Source of the DNA: Candidatus Lokiarchaeum ossiferum
Lineage (GTDB): Archaea > Asgardarchaeota > Lokiarchaeia > Sigyniarchaeales > Promethearchaeaceae
Length of the DNA: 32,000 nucleotides
Assembly: GCA_025839675.1 (NCBI GenBank)
Contig: CP104013.1
Coordinates: 5,130,001 to 5,162,000, forward strand
Reading direction: 5' to 3'
Shown: piece after piece, positions 16,972-24,345 of the stretch
Numbering within the stretch: the stretch's first letter is position 1
Layout of the letters: each line of letters starts with the position of its first letter
Made by a program: the position numbers and the translations under genes
The notes under the pieces: model-generated
Database searches by the model: none
The model's input: the letters and a program-made list of their open reading frames with translations, nothing else
What the model was told of the DNA's origin: nothing

Positions 16972-19900
16972 ATGCCCGTTGATGAAGTATTATTAAATTT
17001 GGCTTTCGAACTGACTGAGGAAGGAGAAGGTTATGCACACCAAGGTAACTATTCCGAAGCTATTTTAAAATTGCAACAAGCTTTAGATTTATTTCAAAAA
17101 GCCAATCTTCCGGATACAGAGAAGAGCAAAGTTATGAATATGATGGATATACGCCAGAAGGAATACGAGCGGTTAGAACGCGAAACTCGAGAATCTGGGA
17201 TAGAATCGCCTCCACAAACAACATCTATTGATAATTTAGTTGAAGAAGGGTTACAATTACTTAATGAAGCAGAATTTTTGTTAAATCAGGAAAATTATTC
17301 GGCAGCGATTGAAATATTTCATAAATCTGTTGAAAAACTAACTCGGGCGGGCTGGAGTTCTGAACAATTAAAAAGTATCCATGTTATCATAAACAATATC
17401 TCCAAGTTATTGGATCAAGAGAGTTCATCTCCTTCGTTATCAATGAATCAAGAATCTCCTGCTGAATCTTCGAATTTTTCTCCCACCTTCTTAAAAACTC
17501 AACAGTCCGATTTTATTGACAAAAAAATTAAAGTGACTCCCCAAAATAGTGGAGAAGAACAATATGTGCCCAGTTTTCTTAAACTTCAAAATGTTCAGAA
17601 AGATATCAGAACTCATCAATCCTCAGAAAGAGAGATCAATAAAAAGATAGAAGATGAATATTCTCCAAGTTTTCTTAAAACAAACCAACCCAATTATTCC
17701 TTACCATCAAAACCTATTGTAGATGCAGATGAAGATCAAAATTATATTCCGTCTTATTCTTTATCAAATCAAACGGATGTAATAGATGAACCCGGAAAAA
17801 AGACTGCTTTAGGGGCTTCGGTAATTGATGCTTCTCAACATAATGATGAAGATTATATCCCCAGTTTTGCGAAAAATATTGAAAAGGGGCAAGATTTTGA
17901 TTCTACTGAAATAGCTCACCTTCTTAAACAAGCCTCTGGAGAAGTTTTAAATTCCATTCCACCTTCTGAACATAAATCTTCTGTTTCGGTATCTGTCGAA
18001 GATCAAGATAATATGGCTTCTGAACTTCCTGAAAATGAAATTTTATCTGGAGGGGAAATTCCTTCTTTCAAAATTATTGATCTTAGAAATCAAGTAGAAA
18101 TGCGTTCTCAATCTCTTTTGGACCAATTTGAAGAAATTCTTGCAGATCATGAAAAAAAATTAGATGAAATTTTCATTTCAATAAATCAAATTCGCAAGTT
18201 GGAAGAACAAAATAAATTCAATCTGGCTATTGCCCAGTTAAATATCTGCATTGATAAGTTAAAGAAAATTCCTGGTTGGACAGATCAGGCTACCACATTA
18301 ATTGCATGGCTTCTAATTCTTCGTGAAAAAAATCGCTTAATTACTCAATCTAACAAAGTTCAAGATCTGGATTTAACTCGAATTAATGCTGAATTCACAA
18401 GAATTATGCAGGGAAGTTTGAAAAGTTCTTCTCAAGTGACTATTTCATTTGATTCGCTTTTAAATCAAGAACTATCTGGAGAACAGTTGTTTCAAACGAA
18501 GCTAAATCAACAAAAATTATTCCAAGATGCAATTTTTGAGTTATTTGACCAAGGGCATTTGCATATTCTTGGGGAGAAATACAAAAAAGCCATCCAAATT
18601 TGGAATGATGCTTTAATAAAAATTAACTCTTTACAATGGAAAGAGTTCGCTAATCAAAATCGAAAATTTCTTTCACATTTGGCTCGTTTAAGTGATCTTT
18701 ACGATCTCTCCTTATTAAGTGATTCACAGAAGGAAAAAACATCATCCTTCTCACGTGAAAACTATGAGGCAGAAAATAAAAAAAAAACACAAGCGCGACT
18801 CTTGCGACTTAATTTGCTCGAAAAACAATCTAATGAATATGATAAAGTTCAATCCGAGGCTTTTTCGCAAATTGATCAAGCTGAAATATGCTTGCAACGA
18901 AATGAATTTGAAGATGCAATACACTTGTATGAAGATGCAATTCATAAACTTGTTGAAATTGGATGGGAATCTCAAATTTCTGCTCTTAATACTCGTCTTA
19001 GCGTTATCCGGTCAAAAAAAGAACAATTCTTGACAAATTTGCAATCAAAATATTACGAAGAACTTAAACGAAAAGAATCAGAACGGCAAGTTCAAGATGA
19101 AATTCAACAAGCAATCACAAGAAAACAGGAAAAAATGCATACCGAAAAGATTCAAAGAGAAAATTTCAAAACAGAAAATCAAATTCTTTTGGAAATTCAA
19201 ACATCAATCAGATCCAAAATCGAAGAAGTTGGAAATTATTTAGATGTGCATCAATTTCAAGAAGCCTCTGAAACTTTGGATTCTGTATTAACCCTCATCA
19301 ATACTCACGGTCTTAATGATCAACGCGCCACTATTGAACAGTTGAAAAAAACAATTGTTCAAAAAGAACAAAATTATCGCTTAGAAATACAAAGTCAAAA
19401 ATTACATGAAAAACAAATGCTTCAAGAAAAACTCGAATTTGAGCGTTATTTAGAAGCCCAATCTAAAGAAATTGCGCTGCAACGAGATCAAAAACAAAAA
19501 AAACTCGCCGATTTTCATCAAAAAAAAATGGATCAAAGAAAATTAGAACAACAAGCATTTCAATTGATGGACGATGCTGAAAAGTTTCTGAACATTAATG
19601 AATTTACCCAAGCAATTGATTACTATAAGCAAGCAAATTTGATTTTTAAAAGTATTGGATGGAATATCGATGAAAAATCCCATCTTGAGCGAGTGTATCG
19701 AATTCAAGCAGAATATGTAAAAACTGTTGATCAAGCGGAAAAGGAACGTCTCCGGCAAGTGGAACAGAAACACCAAGTTGAATTGCAAGAAAAACAACGG
19801 AAACAAACAAAACAATCTGCCCTAAATGATATTCATGCTCTTTTAGGTAGTATTGGACAAAAATCTTCAACTCCAATCCCCGCTGATGAAAAAAAATTGA

Positions 19901-20205
19901 AGGGTGAAGATAAAATGGGTGAAGAAATGAAGCTTATTCTTTCAGCGACTTCAAAACAGATGAAAGAAACTCTAAAAGAACGAAATGCTGTCATTGATAG
20001 AACGGTACGGACTATTGGATCCGAAATCAATACTGCTGCAACTACCAGAGAAGAACTTCAGAGGATTGAAGAACAAAAGAAAGCCGCTCTTCTTGCCGCT
20101 GCTCAAAAAAAGAAAGAAGATGAAGAAAAACTTAAAGCAAAGCAAGAAATTGATGCTTTTAAGCGTATGATTCAAGCTGCAGTAAAAAAGAAAAACCAAA
20201 CATAA
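16972..20205 (+). CDS. large repeat protein (1077 aa): seven MIT-like helical modules, a disordered motif-repeat linker and Lys/Glu/Gln-rich coiled coils
   Basis: The ORF starts with ATG. A recurring module carries signatures such as NYSEAILKLQQALDLFQKA, NYSAAIEIFHKSVEKLTRAGW, FNLAIAQLNICIDKLKKIPGW, KYKKAIQIWNDALIKINSLQW, FEDAIHLYEDAIHKLVEIGW, FQEASETLDSVLTLINTHG and FTQAIDYYKQANLIFKSIGW. Residues 168-368 hold six [FY]-x-P-[ST]-[FY] motifs. The C-terminal third is charged heptad-like sequence. Confidence 0.8.
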   Translation: MPVDEVLLNLAFELTEEGEGYAHQGNYSEAILKLQQALDLFQKANLPDTEKSKVMNMMDIRQKEYERLERETRESGIESPPQTTSIDNLVEEGLQLLNEAEFLLNQENYSAAIEIFHKSVEKLTRAGWSSEQLKSIHVIINNISKLLDQESSSPSLSMNQESPAESSNFSPTFLKTQQSDFIDKKIKVTPQNSGEEQYVPSFLKLQNVQKDIRTHQSSEREINKKIEDEYSPSFLKTNQPNYSLPSKPIVDADEDQNYIPSYSLSNQTDVIDEPGKKTALGASVIDASQHNDEDYIPSFAKNIEKGQDFDSTEIAHLLKQASGEVLNSIPPSEHKSSVSVSVEDQDNMASELPENEILSGGEIPSFKIIDLRNQVEMRSQSLLDQFEEILADHEKKLDEIFISINQIRKLEEQNKFNLAIAQLNICIDKLKKIPGWTDQATTLIAWLLILREKNRLITQSNKVQDLDLTRINAEFTRIMQGSLKSSSQVTISFDSLLNQELSGEQLFQTKLNQQKLFQDAIFELFDQGHLHILGEKYKKAIQIWNDALIKINSLQWKEFANQNRKFLSHLARLSDLYDLSLLSDSQKEKTSSFSRENYEAENKKKTQARLLRLNLLEKQSNEYDKVQSEAFSQIDQAEICLQRNEFEDAIHLYEDAIHKLVEIGWESQISALNTRLSVIRSKKEQFLTNLQSKYYEELKRKESERQVQDEIQQAITRKQEKMHTEKIQRENFKTENQILLEIQTSIRSKIEEVGNYLDVHQFQEASETLDSVLTLINTHGLNDQRATIEQLKKTIVQKEQNYRLEIQSQKLHEKQMLQEKLEFERYLEAQSKEIALQRDQKQKKLADFHQKKMDQRKLEQQAFQLMDDAEKFLNINEFTQAIDYYKQANLIFKSIGWNIDEKSHLERVYRIQAEYVKTVDQAEKERLRQVEQKHQVELQEKQRKQTKQSALNDIHALLGSIGQKSSTPIPADEKKLKGEDKMGEEMKLILSATSKQMKETLKERNAVIDRTVRTIGSEINTAATTREELQRIEEQKKAALLAAAQKKKEDEEKLKAKQEIDAFKRMIQAAVKKKNQT

Positions 20206-20211
20206 CAACCC

Positions 20212-20218
20212 TTTTTTT
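20212..20218 (+). terminator. oligo-T tract (T7) after the stop of the 1077-aa gene
   Basis: T7 starts 7 nt after the TAA at 20203-20205. Confidence 0.3.
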
Positions 20219-20260
20219 ATATCCCTAGTTGTTTAATGAAATGTAAGATTATAAGCTACG

Positions 20261-21229
20261 ATGATTTCTGACATGATTCCTTCCTCGCTTCACCGATCTA
20301 CCCTCCAAATCACCATTGTTACTGCACAAGATGATATCGCATCTAAGACAATATTTAACGCCTTATTGGCCTCTTATCCTTTTGAAATTGTGTCGAACCA
20401 TCCTTTAAGGCATCATAATTCTATCCAATCTCTACATTGTTGCAAATTATCTGAAGGTTCAAGTTCAGTTCATTTTCTTCTTATAAATGTTCTCGAAAAA
20501 ATGACTAATTTAGACGAAATTATTTCCCCTACCGAAATGCCCGGGGATCTTCTTATTTTTGCCAGTCGCCATCAATCCAAAAGTGGTCGACCTTCACTTA
20601 TGTGTCATACTACTGGGAATTTGAATGAAGATATTGCTGGTGGGGGACAACCATTTCGAATATCTATAGGGACTGGGATTGTTCTCCATTATTTCTTTAC
20701 TCTTTTATCTCAGTATTCTACGGAAAGATCTTTCGGTGTACCAGTCCATCATGAAGTAGATCACCATGGTCCTACAGAATATTTACAGCCTCTCGTTTAT
20801 ATCGAACAAGGAAGTTCGGAAGATGCTTGGAAAGATCCAATTGGTGCGAAAATAATTGCAGATGTCATTATGAAAACAGGGATTATTCTAACAACTTCCC
20901 ACTATCATGGAAATCAATGGGATAAAAAAGATTTGAAGATTTGTGTGGGTTTTGGAGGGGGCCATTATATGCCTAGCTTTACTCCTTTAATATCTCTTGG
21001 ATATTCTTTTGTACACACTGTACCTAAATATAAAATATTGGATTTAACTTCTACCATGATTGAACAAATCCAACAAAGAACTTTGGAACCAATAGATTTT
21101 TGGGTTCTTGATTGGAAGGGGTTAAAATCTGCAGATAAACAGCATTTAATTCCTTTACTAGAACAGACAGGAATTCCAATTAAAAAAACTAAGGAACTTC
21201 GCAAATTATTTCCAACATTACCTAAGTAG
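20261..21229 (+). CDS. dtdA: D-aminoacyl-tRNA deacylase, archaeal type (DtdA family)
   Basis: The motifs match my recollection of the archaeal tRNA_deacylase family: LLIFASRHQSKSGRPSLMCHTTGN, EVDHHGPTE, YIEQGSSEDAW, GFGGGHYMPSF and VHTVPKY. The conserved core starts near residue 15 (LQITIV), so Met5 is an alternative start. Confidence 0.8.
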   Translation: MISDMIPSSLHRSTLQITIVTAQDDIASKTIFNALLASYPFEIVSNHPLRHHNSIQSLHCCKLSEGSSSVHFLLINVLEKMTNLDEIISPTEMPGDLLIFASRHQSKSGRPSLMCHTTGNLNEDIAGGGQPFRISIGTGIVLHYFFTLLSQYSTERSFGVPVHHEVDHHGPTEYLQPLVYIEQGSSEDAWKDPIGAKIIADVIMKTGIILTTSHYHGNQWDKKDLKICVGFGGGHYMPSFTPLISLGYSFVHTVPKYKILDLTSTMIEQIQQRTLEPIDFWVLDWKGLKSADKQHLIPLLEQTGIPIKKTKELRKLFPTLPK

Positions 21230-21424
21230 GCAGTATAAGTCAAATTTTTTCCTAAATTTCAGACTTAGTTCGAAAATTCATCTTTTTTCTATATTCTGTC
21301 AAAAATGATGGTGGACGGGTATAGCAAAGAATCCTCTCAGAAATTCAGTAATGGAAAATTGAGCAAGGATTTTTTAGTAAAAACACTTTAATAGGCAAAA
21401 AGCTCTACTTGTTACAATACAAAA

Positions 21425-22078
21425 ATGTCGAAAAAGTATTCATGTTATGTAATTTTGTTCGTTGCAGTGTGTATTCTAGTGATTCCTTGCCAAGTTTCCT
21501 GCCTAGACGATGATTCTTTGGATAGCTATAATTTGAATTCTGGGGATACTTTCGTGTGGCATGTCTATGATGGGTCGGAAATCAACTTTTTATATAAATT
21601 TAAGATCAATGGGTTCAATCAGAATGATGGATTACAAGGTGAAATCGAGCAATATTTCATTGATCCAAATCAAACCCAAAGTTATGAACTGTGTTTTCAA
21701 GAATTAATTAAAAATCAAACGAGTTTAGAGAAATGTTCTGAACAGACGACATCTAAAACGCGAATTATTGCTCAAAAGAAAGTTGAATGTATGCAAATAA
21801 ATCAAGAAGAGTCTAAAATTTGGATCGATTTACAAACAGGAGTATTACTTGAGCAATCTGGCTCTCAAATAAATATTAAATTAGTATCCTGGAAAGATAG
21901 CGATCTACAGCAAATAGCGCAGAATTTAGAAATTCAATATTATTTGAAGTGTGGAATTACTCTTATGATTGGGATCACAATTACTTCTCTTTTCTATTTA
22001 AAATCAGTTTATTTAGACAAAAAAAAGCAAAAGAAATGGATATATCCCCCTAATCCATTGAATTTATATCAACGATAA
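21425..22078 (+). CDS. type-I-like membrane protein (signal/anchor N-terminus, C-terminal TM helix plus basic tail)
   Basis: The ORF starts with ATG. The N-terminus is hydrophobic (YVILFVAVCILVIPCQVSC). A C-terminal TM helix (CGITLMIGITITSLFYL) is followed by KKKQKKW. I recognise no domain in the ~170-aa ectodomain. Confidence 0.6.
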   Translation: MSKKYSCYVILFVAVCILVIPCQVSCLDDDSLDSYNLNSGDTFVWHVYDGSEINFLYKFKINGFNQNDGLQGEIEQYFIDPNQTQSYELCFQELIKNQTSLEKCSEQTTSKTRIIAQKKVECMQINQEESKIWIDLQTGVLLEQSGSQINIKLVSWKDSDLQQIAQNLEIQYYLKCGITLMIGITITSLFYLKSVYLDKKKQKKWIYPPNPLNLYQR

Positions 22079-22210
22079 TATTTTTTCCACAAAAAATATA
22101 TATGTAAAATTATTTCTTCGATCTTGTAATTCGGAAAAAATTATTTCTTTATTAATGGAGTAACTAAATTTTGAGTATTTCCCTTTTTTCCTAGGAATTA
22201 AGGAAAAAAT

Positions 22211-22218
22211 TTTTAAAG
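22211..22218 (+). promoter_or_regulatory. TATA-like box upstream of the candidate ncRNA (plus-strand reading)
   Basis: TTTTAAAG lies 22-29 nt upstream of G22240, which fits archaeal TATA-to-TSS spacing. In AT-rich DNA such matches are common, so support is weak. Confidence 0.25.
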
Positions 22219-22239
22219 CTGAAAGACTATGATATAATA

Positions 22240-22391
22240 GACGGAAGGAGGTACCTTATCTCCTTTTTATTTGCCCGATTTCGGGCCTCCCTCTTGCATC
22301 GTGTTGATGCTAATATCTTTGTTTTGTTTGTTGTAAAAATCGGTGTTTCGGTAATTCGGAACATACGGTTTATGGTGGCCGCACTTCCGTC
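22240..22391. ncRNA. candidate structured non-coding RNA (family unknown, strand unresolved)
   Basis: The element lies in a 406-nt ORF-free gap between convergent genes. By my count this 152-nt stretch is about 45% G+C, against much more AT-rich flanks. Its ends pair: GACGGAAG (22240-22247) with CTTCCGTC (22384-22391). Three internal hairpins are visible: AAGGAG/CTCCTT (22245-22265), GCCCG-ATTT-CGGGC (22273-22286) and GCATC-GTGTT-GATGC (22296-22310). TATA-like boxes sit 22-29 nt outside both ends (TTTTAAAG at 22211-22218; ATTTAAGA on the minus strand at 22413-22420). T-runs follow on the plus strand at 22395-22404. Confidence 0.4.
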
Positions 22392-22484
22392 AACTTTTCT
22401 TTTTCTAACTCGTCTTAAATCATTAGAATTCTTTGAAAATTAAAAATCGCAAGGTTCTTTTTAAAAATAATTCTAAAAATATAT

Positions 22485-23594
22485 TTAAAATGTTGACCAA
22501 AAGGGTTTCAAATGATCTTGTAATTCAGGAATAAGTTGATTCATTGTAAATTCTATTCCTTTTTGCGATTCATCGTAATTATCATCTTCTACAAATATTA
22601 CGTTATCCTCCGCCAAGGCATTAATGGTATTTGCAATAGAATTTCCAATGGCGACTAAATTATACCCTCCTTCCAGAGTGCATTGGATACGATTTTTTGC
22701 AAATTTAGAAGACATTTTTGCGAGTTCCTGAATAATAAAAGAATAAGTTTGATCCATTAATCCCATTGCAGTCAGAGTATCTGCGTGATGAGAATCATAA
22801 CCGGCGGAAACTAAGATAAATTCGGGTTTGAATTCCTCCATCATCGGATTAATAATCTGATTGAAAAGATTTTGGATGCATTTCTGTCCTGAATAGGGTA
22901 ATACTGTTAGATTTACTGTTTTACCTCTTTGCTTGCCTTCACCAATTTCATCAACAAAACATGTACCAGGATATAAGGTTGCTGGGTGTTGATGGATCGA
23001 AAAGAAAAGTATTTCACCCTCAGCATTCCGATTATTGAGTATTTCTTCGGATCCATTTCCTGCATGGGCATCAAAATCTATAATTGCAACCTTTTTTAGC
23101 CCCCATTTGTGAATAAGGTATTCAGCAGCCAAAATGATATTATTGAAAAAACAAAATCCTCGTGCTTCTGTATTGTTGGCATGATGTCCAGGAGGACGGC
23201 ATAAAACAAAGGATCGATCAATTTTCTGACTCATAATATCGTCTATCGCTTGAAAATTGCCTCCGATTGCATAACGTGCAGCTGTAAAAGAAGATCCCGA
23301 AATAATTGTATCTCCATATGTCCCATCGGTAAATAGCAATTCATCCCATTTCTGCGCTCGTGTTGATAATTGTTGAATTTTTTCAATTAATTGGGGGGAA
23401 TGGCACCATTGAATTTCAGTTAGTTCTGCTAATCTCGGTATTATTGTGTGAAAATGTGATTTGTGTCCATCCCCAAAAAGATCCAGTTCTTCTAACTGGT
23501 TTTTCGTATGAATAACGCGCTCTGCTCGTTCGGGGTGATAACCCGTGTCATGTTTTTCATAAAATTCATGATAAGCCACACCAACATTTTTCAT
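22485..23594 (-). CDS. histone deacetylase-family protein, class II / acetylpolyamine amidohydrolase-like
   Basis: The motifs are GYHPERAERV, CRPPGHHANNTEARGFCFFNN, IIDFDAHAGNGSEEI, SIHQ and LEGGYN. It is distinct in class from the 7024-8220 paralog. Confidence 0.88.
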   Translation of the reverse strand: MKNVGVAYHEFYEKHDTGYHPERAERVIHTKNQLEELDLFGDGHKSHFHTIIPRLAELTEIQWCHSPQLIEKIQQLSTRAQKWDELLFTDGTYGDTIISGSSFTAARYAIGGNFQAIDDIMSQKIDRSFVLCRPPGHHANNTEARGFCFFNNIILAAEYLIHKWGLKKVAIIDFDAHAGNGSEEILNNRNAEGEILFFSIHQHPATLYPGTCFVDEIGEGKQRGKTVNLTVLPYSGQKCIQNLFNQIINPMMEEFKPEFILVSAGYDSHHADTLTAMGLMDQTYSFIIQELAKMSSKFAKNRIQCTLEGGYNLVAIGNSIANTINALAEDNVIFVEDDNYDESQKGIEFTMNQLIPELQDHLKPFWSTF

Positions 23595-23760
23595 ATAAAT
23601 CTAGTTTATTTATACATCTTTAAAAAGGTAAGGCAATCCCCATTATATAGGAAAAATATTTACAATAAATTTTACAAAAAGTTGGTTAAAACCGAAAGTT
23701 AATACTACTTTGCGTTTATTTTATTCAATTATTAAAAATGAAGTGTGAGGTCGAAAAGCG

Positions 23761-24312
23761 ATGACACAAATTTTCAAGTTAAAATTATGCATTATTGGGG
23801 AGCATGCATGCGGAAAAACATCATTAATTAAAAATTTTGTAGAAGGAGCGTATTCCAAAGATTATCGTCCAACAATAGGCTCCAATCTCTTTATTAAAAA
23901 GTTAGCTTTTCGGGCTAATGATGGGGAAGATTATCAATTTACTATTACTGCATGGGATATTGCTGGCCAGGAGCGTTGGCAAAGTATGCGACATACATAT
24001 TATCGTGGGGCCCAAGGTGTGTTTATTGTGGGTGATCTAACCCGAAAAAATACTTTCCATCAAATCGATAAATTTTGGATAGATGATTTTCGCAAGAATA
24101 TGGATACTCCAATACCAATCATCTTACTCGCTAACAAAAAAGATCTAGACGGAGAAATTTCTGAAGAACATGTTCGGGAAATGGCAGAACGACAAAAGAT
24201 CGATAAAGTTTTGTTTACTTCGGCTAAAACAGGCTATCATGTTAATGAGGCCTTTATAGCGATGATAAAAAGCTGTATTGGAATCGACTCCATTATTCCT
24301 ATTCCGTTGTAA
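23761..24312 (+). CDS. Rab/Ras-like small GTPase (second copy, divergent)
   Basis: The G motifs are G1 GEHACGKTS, switch I YRPTIGSN, G3 WDIAGQERW, G4 ANKKDL and G5 TSAK. The protein is 183 aa and has no CAAX or CC tail (it ends SIIPIPL). Confidence 0.9.
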   Translation: MTQIFKLKLCIIGEHACGKTSLIKNFVEGAYSKDYRPTIGSNLFIKKLAFRANDGEDYQFTITAWDIAGQERWQSMRHTYYRGAQGVFIVGDLTRKNTFHQIDKFWIDDFRKNMDTPIPIILLANKKDLDGEISEEHVREMAERQKIDKVLFTSAKTGYHVNEAFIAMIKSCIGIDSIIPIPL

Positions 24313-24345
24313 TTTCTTTTTCATCTTTAAGGACTATTTATGGGG

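Noticed and set aside
17473-18075. I considered reading the repeated Y-x-P-S-F-L motifs as viral or ESCRT late-domain motifs (P(S/T)AP or YPxL).
   Set aside because: The residues do not fit. PSF is not PSAP/PTAP, and Tyr is separated from Pro by one residue, unlike YPxnL. Naming a specific ligand class would be unsupported.
18719-20208. A cluster of overlapping short ORFs on both strands lies within the 3' half of the 1077-aa gene.
   Set aside because: This region encodes Lys/Glu/Gln-rich coiled coil, built from purine-rich codon repeats. That composition keeps alternative frames and the reverse strand open by chance. The products are Phe/Leu/Lys homopolymer-like and have no independent start context.
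21300-21350. AUGAUGG at about 21305, in the intergenic region upstream of the membrane protein gene, looked like a C box of a C/D sRNA.
   Set aside because: There is no CUGA D box or internal C'/D' pair at the right distance on the plus strand. The two CUGA motifs are on the opposite strand and have no matching C box there.
22107-22361. Short direct repeats occur in the 22.1-22.4 kb gap. AAAATTATTTCTT appears twice about 30 nt apart (near 22107 and 22138), and GTAATTCGGAA appears at 22126-22136 and 22351-22361.
   Set aside because: The repeats are only 11-13 nt long and occur in AT-rich, low-complexity DNA, so they may be chance. There is no array-like regular spacing, so this is not a CRISPR. 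I note them only as possible protein-binding or duplication remnants.
22240-22391. I considered whether the terminal helix GACGGAAG/CTTCCGTC marks an intron-containing tRNA, a C/D or H/ACA sRNA, or a MITE.
   Set aside because: I could not build a cloverleaf. There is no T-arm (GTTCRANYC-like loop) next to the 3' strand and no D-arm after position 9. There is no RUGAUGA/CUGA box pair (only UGAUGC) and no clear ACA tail geometry. For a MITE, the inverted repeat is perfect for only 8 nt, and the flanks (ATAATA / AACTTT) show no target-site duplication. The MITE option still needs a genome-wide copy search.
22264-22443. An open frame of 59 codons, or 49 codons from TTG at 22294, runs through the candidate ncRNA and encodes a hydrophobic peptide (…ANIFVLFVVKIGVSVIRNIRFMVAALPSTFLFL…).
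   Set aside because: There is no ATG start, and no Shine-Dalgarno-like sequence sits at the right distance from the TTG. The GGAGGT at 22247-22252 is too far upstream. The frame coincides with a set of stable hairpins and a terminal helix that are better explained as RNA structure. A small membrane peptide cannot be fully excluded.
23508-23702. A 64-aa plus-strand ORF spans the 5' end of the class-II deacetylase gene and the divergent promoter region.
   Set aside because: It overlaps the deacetylase N-terminus on the opposite strand and then runs through AT-rich promoter DNA. The product is Phe/Ile/Lys/Asn-rich with no motif, so it is most likely spurious.
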